Virus record (IMG/VR): IMGVR_UViG_3300027896_001999
Location: 2,470 to 66,469 of that record
Direction: 5' to 3' (one strand)
Source: a virus
Length of the DNA: 64,000 nt
Shown: in pieces, positions 9,750 to 19,998 of the stretch
How positions within the stretch are numbered: the first letter of the stretch is position 1
Layout: each line of letters opens with the position of its first letter
The notes under the pieces: generated by a model
What the model was told of the DNA's origin: nothing
The model's database searches: none
The model's input: the letters and a program-made list of their open reading frames with translations, nothing else
Position numbers and translations under genes: made by a program

Positions 9750-10993
9750 ATAATAAAGCTTCCTCCGGTATATGTAAGAGTGTCCATCGCTTCTGCTGAA
9801 ATACGATAACCGTCTTTGTCTATGGTGTGATCAACTTTCGATAAAAATAATGGTGCCATATAGTTTGACAAATTGTCTGGAAAACCCTTTCCAAATTTAG
9901 CAAGTATTGGGGGAGTGATCATCGGATTTCCAAGCATCTGTAGATTCACGCTGTATCCAATTCCTTGTGGGGCGGTCGTTTCATCATAAGGAACAAATAT
10001 ACCTTTCTTGACCAATTCACCGAAGTCTGTTACGTCCATCGCCCATTTCATATAGTCATTCATTGAAGATATACCGCCTTTGGAATTTCTTCTTTTAAGT
10101 TCATCACTTATTTTTTCTGGAACGAACCTATATGCTTTCACCGTTTCAGTTTCAGCTATGTATCTAATGAATGTGGTCTTACCATTTATCATGACCAGTC
10201 TTACATTATCACCGGTCCCTGATTCCCCCATATGATTTTGCCAAGAATAACTTGTGACATTAGCCAAACCCCATTTGTAATCCAAATAGATGGAGTTTCC
10301 GTATGATGCCCCTGTTACTTCCTTATTAAATTGTACCAAATTAAATTTGTCATGATCAACGAACATTCCATATAGAAGTCCACTTGGAGTAGCCCCAACT
10401 CTAAATATGCAGTGCCAATCCCTTGCACATCTTTGAAGGAATTTGAAGTCGGATTCCCACTGAAGAATCTGTGTATCTTCTTGAATACGTTCAGATCCTT
10501 TCTCAAACATGATATCCCAAAAAGAAACTCCCATACGTGTGAATATTTCTACAACCACGCTGGTCTTATCTCCTGTGGTATAAACTTTTTGTTCTTTCGT
10601 CTTACTCCATTCAGTCCCAATGAAATTACAATTATATTGGATACGTCCATCTTGGCTACCAGACCCAGAAGGAGCCATTATGTATCCAGTCATTCCTTCA
10701 CGAACCATGCTTCCACCCATTTCTTGTGGGTTCTTAACCAAGGCCAATGCTGTTCTTATATTCGTATCTACATCTTTATATCCCCAAGCTATTTTCACTT
10801 TCATCCCCATTCTAAGAAGACGGGGATAGTTCGCATTGGGATCAAACAGAGACAGAGTTCCAGAGGAAGCTTTTTGAATCTCTTCCGTCACGGTCAAACT
10901 TATGATGTCTTGACTTATTATTTTCTTTTCTATACCAACATCTTCTATCTCAACACTAAAGAAAGAAGAGTCAGCATTGTATAGACCAATCAT
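9746..10993 (-). CDS. Baseplate hub (gpD/gp27-like)
   Basis: Q.ESDFKFL.R.A motif, GNP, final V.H.I..GY; position before the spike. Confidence 0.85.
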   Translation of the reverse strand: MIGLYNADSSFFSVEIEDVGIEKKIISQDIISLTVTEEIQKASSGTLSLFDPNANYPRLLRMGMKVKIAWGYKDVDTNIRTALALVKNPQEMGGSMVREGMTGYIMAPSGSGSQDGRIQYNCNFIGTEWSKTKEQKVYTTGDKTSVVVEIFTRMGVSFWDIMFEKGSERIQEDTQILQWESDFKFLQRCARDWHCIFRVGATPSGLLYGMFVDHDKFNLVQFNKEVTGASYGNSIYLDYKWGLANVTSYSWQNHMGESGTGDNVRLVMINGKTTFIRYIAETETVKAYRFVPEKISDELKRRNSKGGISSMNDYMKWAMDVTDFGELVKKGIFVPYDETTAPQGIGYSVNLQMLGNPMITPPILAKFGKGFPDNLSNYMAPLFLSKVDHTIDKDGYRISAEAMDTLTYTGGSFII

Positions 10994-11830
10994 TTATATC
11001 TCGTCCAATATAATCTTATACTTATTTTTACCAGTAGACACCAAGTTCTTCACCTTCCATTTTGTCTTTGAAGAATGAAGGACCTCGTTTTCTTTTCTAT
11101 GAGAAGACATAGACTTTAAGGAAATGCCTTTTTTATTGGGGCTTTCAAAAACTATAGAGATAGAGTCACCTATTCCAGTGCCTTCGGAAAATTTTTCAGC
11201 AATTCTATGATCTGACGACCAAGAAGATAATCCTTTCATGTCCACTGTAGAGCCTTTTCTAAAGGTATTATTTACATCAAAATCCGACCATCCTTCTGCT
11301 AAATCCAAACTGACTCCTCTATAAATTTTACTGTATCTATCTTTATAGACAGGGTAAAATTCAAACAGATTTTCTATTTTGTTTACATCATCTTTGTATT
11401 GCTTTTTACGGGACTCTGAACCATCAAACTTTCCCTGTTGAATTAATCTAAAGTCTGAAGGATCATTAGACCAACTTAAACAAGATTGATAATATTCTTT
11501 TGCTTTTTGTTTTGTTATTGGAAATTTTGCGTCTAAGGCACAATTCATTAAATCTTTTATAGAATCTTCTTCTCCATAAATTGTATCTATGTGCCCTCTT
11601 TCCCCTCGCACGGATTTCCCAGGAATGTTATTTGGGTCTTCTTTTTTCCCAGAAGACCGTTCTTTCGGAACTTCTTTCTTCGGACCCGCCTTGTCCGGGA
11701 CCCATTTGCTTCCAGCGTAATGAAACGGACGACCGAAGATCATCTTCTTTTGACCTTCCTCCGCTTTCATGACATTAAGAAGTTCCATCACTATGGCTTT
11801 CTGTAGTTTAAAAGAATTTTTATTTATCAT
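10994..11830 (-). CDS. Shared-leader protein with C-terminal ADP-ribosyltransferase (R-S-ExE, VIP2-like)
   Basis: KIYRGV, LSSWSSD and KENEVL catalytic motifs; N-terminal 50 aa match 32065-33123 and 27896-28345. Confidence 0.85.
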   Translation of the reverse strand: MINKNSFKLQKAIVMELLNVMKAEEGQKKMIFGRPFHYAGSKWVPDKAGPKKEVPKERSSGKKEDPNNIPGKSVRGERGHIDTIYGEEDSIKDLMNCALDAKFPITKQKAKEYYQSCLSWSNDPSDFRLIQQGKFDGSESRKKQYKDDVNKIENLFEFYPVYKDRYSKIYRGVSLDLAEGWSDFDVNNTFRKGSTVDMKGLSSWSSDHRIAEKFSEGTGIGDSISIVFESPNKKGISLKSMSSHRKENEVLHSSKTKWKVKNLVSTGKNKYKIILDEI

Positions 11831-12096
11831 CTTATGGGTATCTTCAACGACCTTATTTTTGATAAATCAAAACCGGCTTCAAATAGATCTTCAATATTAT
11901 GTTCTACAGCTTTATAGACTTCGCCCTCGGTCCCATCTCCATATCTTGCCGTAACAATTTCATCTATGGCATCACCAACTCGAATATTAGACAAAGAAGC
12001 CGTAGAATATTTCGGGTATTCCCTTAGATCCTTCACTGCGTAATGATCTCCATAAATATCTATGAAAGGAACAGTTTCTATCGTTTGATATCTCAA
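11827..12096 (-). CDS. gpX/LysM-like baseplate protein
   Basis: GDAIDEI...YG...LKIP pattern; position. Confidence 0.65.
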   Translation of the reverse strand: MRYQTIETVPFIDIYGDHYAVKDLREYPKYSTASLSNIRVGDAIDEIVTARYGDGTEGEVYKAVEHNIEDLFEAGFDLSKIRSLKIPIR

Positions 12097-12683
12097 TATG
12101 ACTTCTCTCCGTTCATGCTTTTGTAAATATCGTAAGCCCCATACACCATCCCAGTAAGAGCCGCCATCTTTCTGAAAATTTCTTCAGACTTGTACAACGG
12201 ATTCGTTTCGTCTAACCAAAGTTCCATACTTATCTCAGAGTACTGAGGTTGCCCAAGAGCGTTCACCCATCCTTGTTTATGGGAAGCATCACATTTCTTC
12301 ACCCAATAAACCAATGGAACTGAACCGGTCCCCCAATAATACAGAACTCTCGGGGTAGTTTCAAACTGATCAGAAAAGAAATCCGTAAGACCAACTGCAT
12401 TCTGTCTAAGCATGTCAAATTGCTTTAGCATAAGAACATTGCCAACGGTATTATTTCGTTTCATAAGTGGCAAAGTAAAAGCAATTTTCCGATTCCCGGC
12501 TCCGCCAGGAGTGATCGGTGAAAAGTTTAAGCCGGGAATCGGAGTTTCACTTAAGACTATATCTTTAGTGTCAGATATATCCCCAGGAATGGTTACGCTG
12601 GTTATCAATTGATAATTGTCTATATCAAACAAGAACCATGGAATATGAAAAGAATACCTTGCTATGTCTAAACTCAGTTTCAT
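12093..12683 (-). CDS. Tail tube initiator (gpU/gp48-like)
   Basis: Follows the tape measure; IPGLN..P..G.GNRKI.F, P.VL..WG motifs. Confidence 0.7.
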   Translation of the reverse strand: MKLSLDIARYSFHIPWFLFDIDNYQLITSVTIPGDISDTKDIVLSETPIPGLNFSPITPGGAGNRKIAFTLPLMKRNNTVGNVLMLKQFDMLRQNAVGLTDFFSDQFETTPRVLYYWGTGSVPLVYWVKKCDASHKQGWVNALGQPQYSEISMELWLDETNPLYKSEEIFRKMAALTGMVYGAYDIYKSMNGEKSY

Positions 12684-14002
12684 TTGTGGGCAACTCCCTC
12701 CCCTTCAAAACCAAGATTGTTTCTTAGACCATCCTTAAGGCTCCAAGCAATTCCCGCTCCAACTTCTACACCAACTTGTTTCGCATTTGACGGAGCAGAA
12801 ACATTGACATTTATCGTACTGTCTATCTTGCTATTTATATTAGTCGAACTTGAAGATTTCTTTGCCAGAACCTCCTTTGTTGGTTCTGATACAAATGTTT
12901 CTTTTATATCTTTAAGGTTATTTGCCCAACCCTTCCAATTCGCATCTCCTAATGCCTTGAATCTCTTTTGATACTCATCGGCCATTTTTTCTTTTTCTTC
13001 ATACAGTCTTTTCATCTTTACACGATCGTTTTCTCGCCATGCCGAAAACATTTCACCTGCGTTCACTGCTCTTTCTATAGTGAAAGCCAATACATCAAAG
13101 ATCAATGCCAAAAGTCTTATAGCCGGTGCAAGAATCATTCCCACCAAGTTTCCTATCGTTCTAAAGAGAGCAACCACAAATCCTCCTTTGGTCAATACCT
13201 TGTCCAATGCTTCGTACAGTCTTACGAAAGAACCTACGAAAGATGCGATCAAAGGTCCTGCATCTTCAAATCCTTTTGAAAGACCGATAACAAACGCACC
13301 CACCCATTCAATCAGTTTTGCCCACCGGCTGGTGAGTGTTTCAAAGAAAGGTTTCATGACTTCCAATATGTAAAGTGCTACCACAGTAATCTTAAACATT
13401 ATGATATTTATAATATCGCTCATTGTCTTTGTAGTTCTACCAAAGATGGCTTCTAATTTTCGTGTCAGAGACTCCATCATAGTATGAACGACATCTACTA
13501 TTGCCTTTACAATAGTATAGACCGCCCTAAAAGCATTAGCGATCATCACTCCCCACTTTACGAACATCACTCGGTGTTCTCTTGTCCAGTCTAAAATCTT
13601 TTGTAATATCGGAATGAGTAGTCTTCGTAAAGGCCAAAAAAGACTTCTTTGTATGATGTCCCCCACGTGGGAGAATGTTCTTCCTATTTCAGGGACACCT
13701 TTCATCACAGACTGAAGACTGACATATGCCGTAGCAAGGCCAACAAGTTTCTTGGTCAATGCAGATATCATTGCACTGGACCCTTCAGAAAAATTACTGA
13801 CACTGGTCTTTAGTGCACTGCTGGCTTCTTTTGTCTTAGTCTTAGTCTTTCCAGTGACTTCATCAACACCAGATCGTATTTTCTCCCCTGCGCTGGTGGT
13901 CATGCTTTCAATGGTGTTCTTCAAACCGACCATGCTGTCCGCAATGGTGTTTATAGAACTTTGCATAGACTTTGTATCAAATGTGAATATCGCATCTTCC
14001 AT
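12680..14002 (-). CDS. Tape measure protein (short, 440 aa)
   Basis: Amphipathic helical composition; between the chaperone and the tube initiator. Confidence 0.8.
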   Translation of the reverse strand: MEDAIFTFDTKSMQSSINTIADSMVGLKNTIESMTTSAGEKIRSGVDEVTGKTKTKTKEASSALKTSVSNFSEGSSAMISALTKKLVGLATAYVSLQSVMKGVPEIGRTFSHVGDIIQRSLFWPLRRLLIPILQKILDWTREHRVMFVKWGVMIANAFRAVYTIVKAIVDVVHTMMESLTRKLEAIFGRTTKTMSDIINIIMFKITVVALYILEVMKPFFETLTSRWAKLIEWVGAFVIGLSKGFEDAGPLIASFVGSFVRLYEALDKVLTKGGFVVALFRTIGNLVGMILAPAIRLLALIFDVLAFTIERAVNAGEMFSAWRENDRVKMKRLYEEKEKMADEYQKRFKALGDANWKGWANNLKDIKETFVSEPTKEVLAKKSSSSTNINSKIDSTINVNVSAPSNAKQVGVEVGAGIAWSLKDGLRNNLGFEGEGVAHK

Positions 14003-14031
14003 TCAAACCACCTTCGTATTGTCACTTTTAC

Positions 14032-14182
14032 CCTGTAAAACGTTAAAACCGGTCTTTTACCTGTTTTAATACCGTTTTATACAGCACCGGTGACTCCCAG
14101 CAAGGTTTTATAAAGTTCCCGCTCATAAGGGTATTATGCTAAAAATAAAACCTTTATTTATTGATATGTATAGTAAAAAAGA
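14032..14182 (-). repeat. 151-bp non-coding element, copy 1
   Basis: Reverse complement matches 62362-62512 with about 6 mismatches (hand alignment). Confidence 0.95.
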
Positions 14183-14185
14183 TGA

Positions 14186-14398
14186 CTACTCCGATTGATC
14201 TGTGTCTTTTCTTTTTTGTAAAGCATCTGCGTAATTCACCGTGAACAAATAATCTTTCATGCTCATGTCACAAATGTCTTTCATTGTAATCCCACCACTA
14301 CTCTGTCTACATATAAGAAAGCTTTCTTTGACAATGTCTTGGAACTCTACATCAATATGACAAACATTAGAAAACAACCATAACCAGTCAGGACTCAC
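14186..14398 (-). CDS. Tail assembly chaperone C-terminal part (likely -1 frameshift extension)
   Basis: Lies in the -1 frame of 14404-15237, open back to the slippery site; no convincing RBS. Confidence 0.65.
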   Translation of the reverse strand: MSPDWLWLFSNVCHIDVEFQDIVKESFLICRQSSGGITMKDICDMSMKDYLFTVNYADALQKRKDTDQSE

Positions 14399-14403
14399 CC
14401 ATC

Positions 14404-15237
14404 TTAGAGAGTAAGTCCGGAAACGAAAAAATTTGACAGATTGATCGGAACTCTAAATTTTTTGTCGCAAGAGGGACAGACTTTGTCAACGTTCGGATTG
14501 ATACCATATTTTGAGACTTCGGTATTGAGTGCCCCCAAGTCTACTCGTGCATCTTTGATATTTTCAAATATCAATATGCCATATAGACTTTTATCTTTCT
14601 TTTCAACTTCCATCCCGTTTATCTTTTCCATGGCTTCTACATACATAGCAAACTGCATACGCACACTATCGTTAGAGCCATATTTTCTTTCTGCAACCAT
14701 ACAGTCATTTAGAGTCGGATGACGAAGTGTCATGGACTCTACGGACAAAAGAACATCTTTTGTACTTTGATTTATTATATTCACGGGCTGAGAAAGACTT
14801 ACCGTAAAATTTGGGACTATCTCTTCCATGAAAGTCGTTTCAAGTTGAGAAATGAAATCTCTTGTGTCAATCTCCATTTCCCCTTCTTTCACAAATTCAT
14901 TCACAATTCTAAACCCGCAACGAGGGCATCTATAAACCCCTTCCGCTCCATCATTGTCTGGGTCATATAGAATCATAATCTGAATCATGCAAAATTCTGC
15001 CGACCGATATGGTATAAATCCTACCATATTCTTAATATCCGTCTTATCTGAAATAACCCTTTCGTCACTTTTAATAGATTCTATGCAACCAGATAAGAAA
15101 GACTTGACAGCGGACATGACCATACCGCTGTCAATGAATTTCTTAGCATCAGCTATGACTATCGCCTTTGGACGAACTATCTCTACTTCAGTAAAAATAT
15201 TTCCTGAGGGCATAAAGACAGGAATTGGTAATTTCAT
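14404..15237 (-). CDS. Tail assembly chaperone / baseplate-hub assembly protein
   Basis: Between tube and TMP; two CxxC pairs; LRHPT.D; ends ..SNFF.. Confidence 0.75.
   Translation of the reverse strand: MKLPIPVFMPSGNIFTEVEIVRPKAIVIADAKKFIDSGMVMSAVKSFLSGCIESIKSDERVISDKTDIKNMVGFIPYRSAEFCMIQIMILYDPDNDGAEGVYRCPRCGFRIVNEFVKEGEMEIDTRDFISQLETTFMEEIVPNFTVSLSQPVNIINQSTKDVLLSVESMTLRHPTLNDCMVAERKYGSNDSVRMQFAMYVEAMEKINGMEVEKKDKSLYGILIFENIKDARVDLGALNTEVSKYGINPNVDKVCPSCDKKFRVPINLSNFFVSGLTL
14425..14434 (-). promoter_or_regulatory. Predicted -1 ribosomal slippery site (A AAT TTT TTC)
   Basis: Two overlapping X XXY YYZ heptamers in frame 0 near the chaperone 3' end; the -1 frame reads into 14186-14398. 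Confidence 0.65.
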
Positions 15238-15246
15238 AAATACTCC

Positions 15247-15669
15247 TTATACGGCATCAATCGGCGTTATTTCCCATGGCAGTATTGTAATGGCCATCTG
15301 GGCATAAGCCGGATTGGCTAAATCTGTGTCGGGCATCAATTGGATTTTCAGACCTTCACATTGAGATAAAAGAACTCTACCGAACTCCGCTCCATGGGCG
15401 TCTGTCCGAACTATAACAACATCTTTTATCTCATCATCTAAAAACCAGTTCGTAAGAAACTCTTTGGTGTTGGTTCCTCGATTGAGTTTGTATTTCAACT
15501 CGTATGGAGGATACTTGATAATACCATTTTGGATATTTCTTATCCTACGAAACTCGGGTATTTCAACTGAACCCTTTTCCAAAAGCATTTCCCCGGCAAA
15601 TACAAGTCCTGCAAGCTCTACTCCATCTATTAGGACTTTTTTCTTTTCTACCATTTCATTTGGTTGCAT
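15247..15669 (-). CDS. Tail tube protein
   Basis: 140 aa directly after the sheath gene. Confidence 0.8.
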   Translation of the reverse strand: MQPNEMVEKKKVLIDGVELAGLVFAGEMLLEKGSVEIPEFRRIRNIQNGIIKYPPYELKYKLNRGTNTKEFLTNWFLDDEIKDVVIVRTDAHGAEFGRVLLSQCEGLKIQLMPDTDLANPAYAQMAITILPWEITPIDAV

Positions 15670-15680
15670 CTATTTTCTCC

Positions 15681-17501
15681 TTAACTTAAAAGTAATATAC
15701 CAACACCAATCTTAATGCTTCCAGCCGGTGCAGGATAAGAAAACCAAACATCCAAGTTTCTTTCTCCTGCTTGAATGCTTGTCTGTGGATTATTTATGGC
15801 ATCTGCCTGAACCTGGAGATGGTCTGACCATTTCGTAGGCTTGCCATTCACATCTTCAGATTGGCCAAAGGTTTCCCCTTCTGTCACATATCCGGTTGAT
15901 CCCTTTAACCATAAGCGTAATAGGAACTGCAATATTGCATCCCTATCTGATAAGATTCTATTGAAGCTGTTTGGCGTGTTCTCGGAAGACTGAAGTGAAT
16001 CTACCGCAGAAACTTTTATAAACTCTCTCATAAGAATTCCATTGCCAAACTGAAACTCAACACTTGTTGAAGGTGTGAAGAAATTCCTTATTACAAATCC
16101 TGAACCGTTTATAAAATCGATTACGTTCACACCATTCTTTGCCAAGTCTGTACGATCCGTATCACTCCACATGGTTGTCCTAACAATATTGTTGATACCA
16201 TAAAGAGGGATTTCTTTTACTGCAGGAATAACATGAATACCCAACTTAGATATCGTTCGTATCCATGCGCCCATCACATGACCAACACTGGGGATTTCTC
16301 TATCTGCGGCCAATGCAGAAGAAGCAAATGGGTCATTAACCTTCAGCCAATCACAAACAATAACTCCAAGAACATCGTCTGATCTCTGGTAACCATTTCC
16401 TATGGTTATGTATTGAGCCTTCGTTTGATTTTCGGCCACATTATAAATAACTTTTGGCAAGTCCCATCTTGTCCTGGAATATACTTCAATCGCCTTCTGA
16501 AGAGCGACATCAGTCGTTTCCGGATTGGCTATGAATCTTATGGGCAACAAATTAAAGGCAAGCAAATCACTTGCCCAATGCGCCACAGTCGTAGGTGCCG
16601 TTCCGTTCGCTCCTGTTGTCAAATACGTAACGGTAGCAACTGTAGCGGGAAGAGTAGTCCCAAGAGCTCCAATAGAATGTAGATCTGTCACTTTGACATA
16701 TTTGCTACTTGCAAACACGTTTTCAACAAAGTAGTCAGATACAGCATCTTCCATCGTACAATAAATTTTGCCAAGTTCTTCTTCCACCTGAGTGATTATG
16801 CCAAGAGGAGACTTTCGCCATATCTTAAGTTGAAAACCTGGAACCGTGACTATGTCATTGTCTTTAAGATAAGCAGCTGCGTCGAATGCTGCAGCAAATG
16901 TTATTTTCCCCAAGGTTTCATCAACCGTTAAGACAATTTTATAGACGGTCACTACCGCATCTCCGGTCGCCATAAACTTTACGACATCCCCGACCTTGAC
17001 ATCAGAAACACTGTCAAGGATAGCCCAAGTGTTTGTCTTCACTCCAGACCCACTGGCGGCAGTAGTAAACCTTGAACCCTGTGTGATAGTGTACCCTGTT
17101 CTATTACCCCATGTGGAATAGTCAAGAGCACCTTCGTAAGCTGAATCTAAACGAAACGAGGGCAATGCTGTGTCCAATATAGTATTGCCTGTGGTAGCAA
17201 CCACTCCGTCTATTGCCGCAGCAAACCCTACATGGCTGCAAACATACAGTTTCGCATCTACACCAGCAACATTGTCAAAAAAACCTTTAACCGAGTCCCA
17301 TCCGTAATATGTAGACGTTTCTTGATTGCCAAATATCTGAGCAAACTCTGTAATATTGTTGCAAAGTTTTGGCAGAACGTATTTCCGTTCAAACAGTCCA
17401 AGAATTCCCCCAATATTGAAATCAGAAGCACGAACGGTCTTTGACTTCTTGGTAGGGAGAGAATCTCCATATACTCCGAGTCTTCTTAAATTTGTAGGCA
17501 T
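15681..17501 (-). CDS. Tail sheath protein
   Basis: GVY N-terminus, F..IFG, GFFDN, IPSVGHVMG, GVN.I, NP...IQAG..N.DV.F..PAPA..I motifs. Confidence 0.93.
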   Translation of the reverse strand: MPTNLRRLGVYGDSLPTKKSKTVRASDFNIGGILGLFERKYVLPKLCNNITEFAQIFGNQETSTYYGWDSVKGFFDNVAGVDAKLYVCSHVGFAAAIDGVVATTGNTILDTALPSFRLDSAYEGALDYSTWGNRTGYTITQGSRFTTAASGSGVKTNTWAILDSVSDVKVGDVVKFMATGDAVVTVYKIVLTVDETLGKITFAAAFDAAAYLKDNDIVTVPGFQLKIWRKSPLGIITQVEEELGKIYCTMEDAVSDYFVENVFASSKYVKVTDLHSIGALGTTLPATVATVTYLTTGANGTAPTTVAHWASDLLAFNLLPIRFIANPETTDVALQKAIEVYSRTRWDLPKVIYNVAENQTKAQYITIGNGYQRSDDVLGVIVCDWLKVNDPFASSALAADREIPSVGHVMGAWIRTISKLGIHVIPAVKEIPLYGINNIVRTTMWSDTDRTDLAKNGVNVIDFINGSGFVIRNFFTPSTSVEFQFGNGILMREFIKVSAVDSLQSSENTPNSFNRILSDRDAILQFLLRLWLKGSTGYVTEGETFGQSEDVNGKPTKWSDHLQVQADAINNPQTSIQAGERNLDVWFSYPAPAGSIKIGVGILLLS

Positions 17502-17502
17502 T

Positions 17503-17802
17503 TCAATTCTCCTTTACTATAAAATATTTTGCTTGACTTTGAAAATCTGGATGGGTCAATACACTACGAGGAACAGACACACTGCTTCCTCTTCCGTAAA
17601 AAATATAGATCACCCCATCAATGTGCAATTCTTTTTTACGATCTTGATTAAAGTACAGAATGACTCTTCTTAAAATCGGAGTAATCTGCCCTTCCTGAGT
17701 TGCTTCATATCTATCCTCCTTGGTATTTTCATATACATCTTCTAAACCGGTTCCACTTGGAAATTCGTTGTCGTCACCAGAGGTAAACTTGCCCTTTCCC
17801 AT
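17503..17802 (-). CDS. Small late protein upstream of sheath (start uncertain)
   Basis: ORF ends next to the sheath start; overlaps the upstream gene. Confidence 0.5.
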   Translation of the reverse strand: MGKGKFTSGDDNEFPSGTGLEDVYENTKEDRYEATQEGQITPILRRVILYFNQDRKKELHIDGVIYIFYGRGSSVSVPRSVLTHPDFQSQAKYFIVKEN

Positions 17803-18929
17803 AATTCCTCCTTCAATTCTAAACTACATTCATACTGAATCTTTGGTATAATGTCGTAAGCCTCAGTTGGTTCTACGTTTGAGGGAACTCCCTCAAATTT
17901 CACTGTCATCTTTCTATTGTTCAACCATAATTCTTCTCTTCCTATAAACTTTCTAACTATTTCTGAACAAAGAGCAACGAGTTCACTTTCCCTTGCTTCA
18001 CAGTCTATAAGAACATTGAACTTCAGTATCTGACCTTCTTGTCGTTCCGATACCCCGGAAGCAAGATTCCAACTGTCGTATATCTTTTCCAACTTACTAC
18101 CCCTCAATATAAATTGAGGACTCATTCCCCATATAGATATAGAAGGGAGCATTATTTCTCTTTCATAGTTTCCGAAACTCACAGGAATCTGAAGATAAGT
18201 ATTCGCGGCAGTGTATTTATGGAGTGTCTCTTTTCCATCAAACAGAGTTCCAAATATACAAGCACCGTCAGAGATTTCTTGAACCTGATGAATCTCTGAG
18301 TTGGTTATATCCTTTATTTTCAATACAGAATATCTTTCTAAGAATCCCACGTAATTGTCTATAGATACATTCTTTTCCCCCAATAGAGTAGTGATGGTCC
18401 CAATAAGAATTCCATCACCTACGACTGCCGTAATGTCTAATTCTAATTGATCTTTGATTGCAACAAATATATCGTAAGGGAATTCATCTTTAACTGCCAT
18501 CACTTGAGACACAATTATATAATCTTCATCGTTGTGAAGGGCAGTTATGGTTATTTCAGTTAGAGTAGCCAATGAAGATATATCAAGAACTACGTAATTC
18601 AATTGGCTCTTGGTTTCTATATAATATTCTACTCCTACCGCAAGTTTTATTTTATAGTAGTAGTCTGACACCTTTGTGAAGGTTTCGCTCTTCTTGTTTC
18701 TACTCCATATATGCAACACCAATTCATCGTATGCGGAAACATTCACATTAAAGGTCTTAGTGACATACCCATTAAGACAACCATCAGGGAACTCAAATAT
18801 AACAGAATTGGCATTCCCACCTGCAATAAATTCTTTATGTTGATTAAGACCATAAATGATTGGAATTGGTAATGCTACAGAAGCACTCCATCCCGCTGAC
18901 GCATTCATATTGTCTATAAGTAGTTTCAT
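17742..18929 (-). CDS. Tail completion/terminator-like protein
   Basis: Position; LPSISIW...motif in the C-terminal domain. Confidence 0.55.
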   Translation of the reverse strand: MKLLIDNMNASAGWSASVALPIPIIYGLNQHKEFIAGGNANSVIFEFPDGCLNGYVTKTFNVNVSAYDELVLHIWSRNKKSETFTKVSDYYYKIKLAVGVEYYIETKSQLNYVVLDISSLATLTEITITALHNDEDYIIVSQVMAVKDEFPYDIFVAIKDQLELDITAVVGDGILIGTITTLLGEKNVSIDNYVGFLERYSVLKIKDITNSEIHQVQEISDGACIFGTLFDGKETLHKYTAANTYLQIPVSFGNYEREIMLPSISIWGMSPQFILRGSKLEKIYDSWNLASGVSERQEGQILKFNVLIDCEARESELVALCSEIVRKFIGREELWLNNRKMTVKFEGVPSNVEPTEAYDIIPKIQYECSLELKEELWERASLPLVTTTNFQVEPV

Positions 18930-19573
18930 ACTTGCTCAAATTTCTTTCCCAGTTTTCTGAACCCTGTTATGACCTTAATCAAGTTCGTATCCCCGGTTTC
19001 TGCATATATCTGAATTGCTTTTCTCATTTCCTTAATTCTGGTCTTATGAAGACTCTTGGCCTCTTTTCTACCCTTCTTTACAGAACAACTAAAAGCAGGA
19101 CGAGCCGGAATTCTTATTACCATTGTAGTTGGCTTCAGGTGCAACCCAATATAATGTAAGAATCCCCTCATTTTTTCCGTGACTTTTATAATGGCTCCAT
19201 GTTCATGGATAGCAAACAAATCACTCATCTTCATATTCGCTGTATGATGCTTTTCTTCTGAAACAAAGACCCGAGATCCATTGGGCAACTTTTCTAATCT
19301 TAGACTATTATATATAGACTTCTTATCGGATGGACCTTTTCCCATCAAAGGAATTCTGGGGAACTTGTAACCCATTTCTTTTTTTCTCTGAATAGTCAAA
19401 GGATGAAGCTCTTTAAGGTTATACATATTCTTTTTCAGACTGCTCTGAAAATCTACAATCGTACTGAACGCATCCATGTGAGCATAACCAAGTACCATTC
19501 CTTCCATAAACTCGGAAGCCTTCTTATATCGTTCTACTTTTTTCTTAAGCCCTTTCAATTCTACATTGATCAT
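18926..19573 (-). CDS. Neck/tail completion protein (virion morphogenesis family)
   Basis: L.P.TI.RK, AIHEHG and IRIPARP motifs. Confidence 0.7.
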   Translation of the reverse strand: MINVELKGLKKKVERYKKASEFMEGMVLGYAHMDAFSTIVDFQSSLKKNMYNLKELHPLTIQRKKEMGYKFPRIPLMGKGPSDKKSIYNSLRLEKLPNGSRVFVSEEKHHTANMKMSDLFAIHEHGAIIKVTEKMRGFLHYIGLHLKPTTMVIRIPARPAFSCSVKKGRKEAKSLHKTRIKEMRKAIQIYAETGDTNLIKVITGFRKLGKKFEQV

Positions 19574-19998
19574 ATCTTAGTAAGTCCAAAAGTGACGTAA
19601 AGAAAAGATGTAGTAAATCTGTCACTGTATCCTTTCTCTTTCATTCGAAAACTGCACCCATCCATCAATATGGTCATTCGGGTCAAGTCTAAGGCATCTA
19701 CATCATAACCAAAATCTGACCAGTCCTTATAAGCGGTATGAATCATACACTCACAAACTTCTTTCAACCCTGCCTTTTCAATTTGCTTTCTGCTTGGAGA
19801 ATATTCTACAGGGAATGCCTTGAACTGCAATGTTACGCTGTCCGCTCCAATTCTTCTCTTAATAGAATTATACTTATCTCTTGTTATATCTGGCTCTCCA
19901 GAAATAACTATTTCAATCTCCGTTCCATACTCATTCACTACACTTTGAGTATCTATTAAAGCATTTTCTACTTCTAATTCAACACCAACTGGAATCAT
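19570..19998 (-). CDS. Head closure protein (putative)
   Basis: Size and position after the adaptor. Confidence 0.55.
   Translation of the reverse strand: MIPVGVELEVENALIDTQSVVNEYGTEIEIVISGEPDITRDKYNSIKRRIGADSVTLQFKAFPVEYSPSRKQIEKAGLKEVCECMIHTAYKDWSDFGYDVDALDLTRMTILMDGCSFRMKEKGYSDRFTTSFLYVTFGLTKI

Noticed and set aside
4586-17501. Extracellular contractile injection system or tailocin with toxin cargo
   Set aside because: Full head, packaging and replication modules show it is a phage
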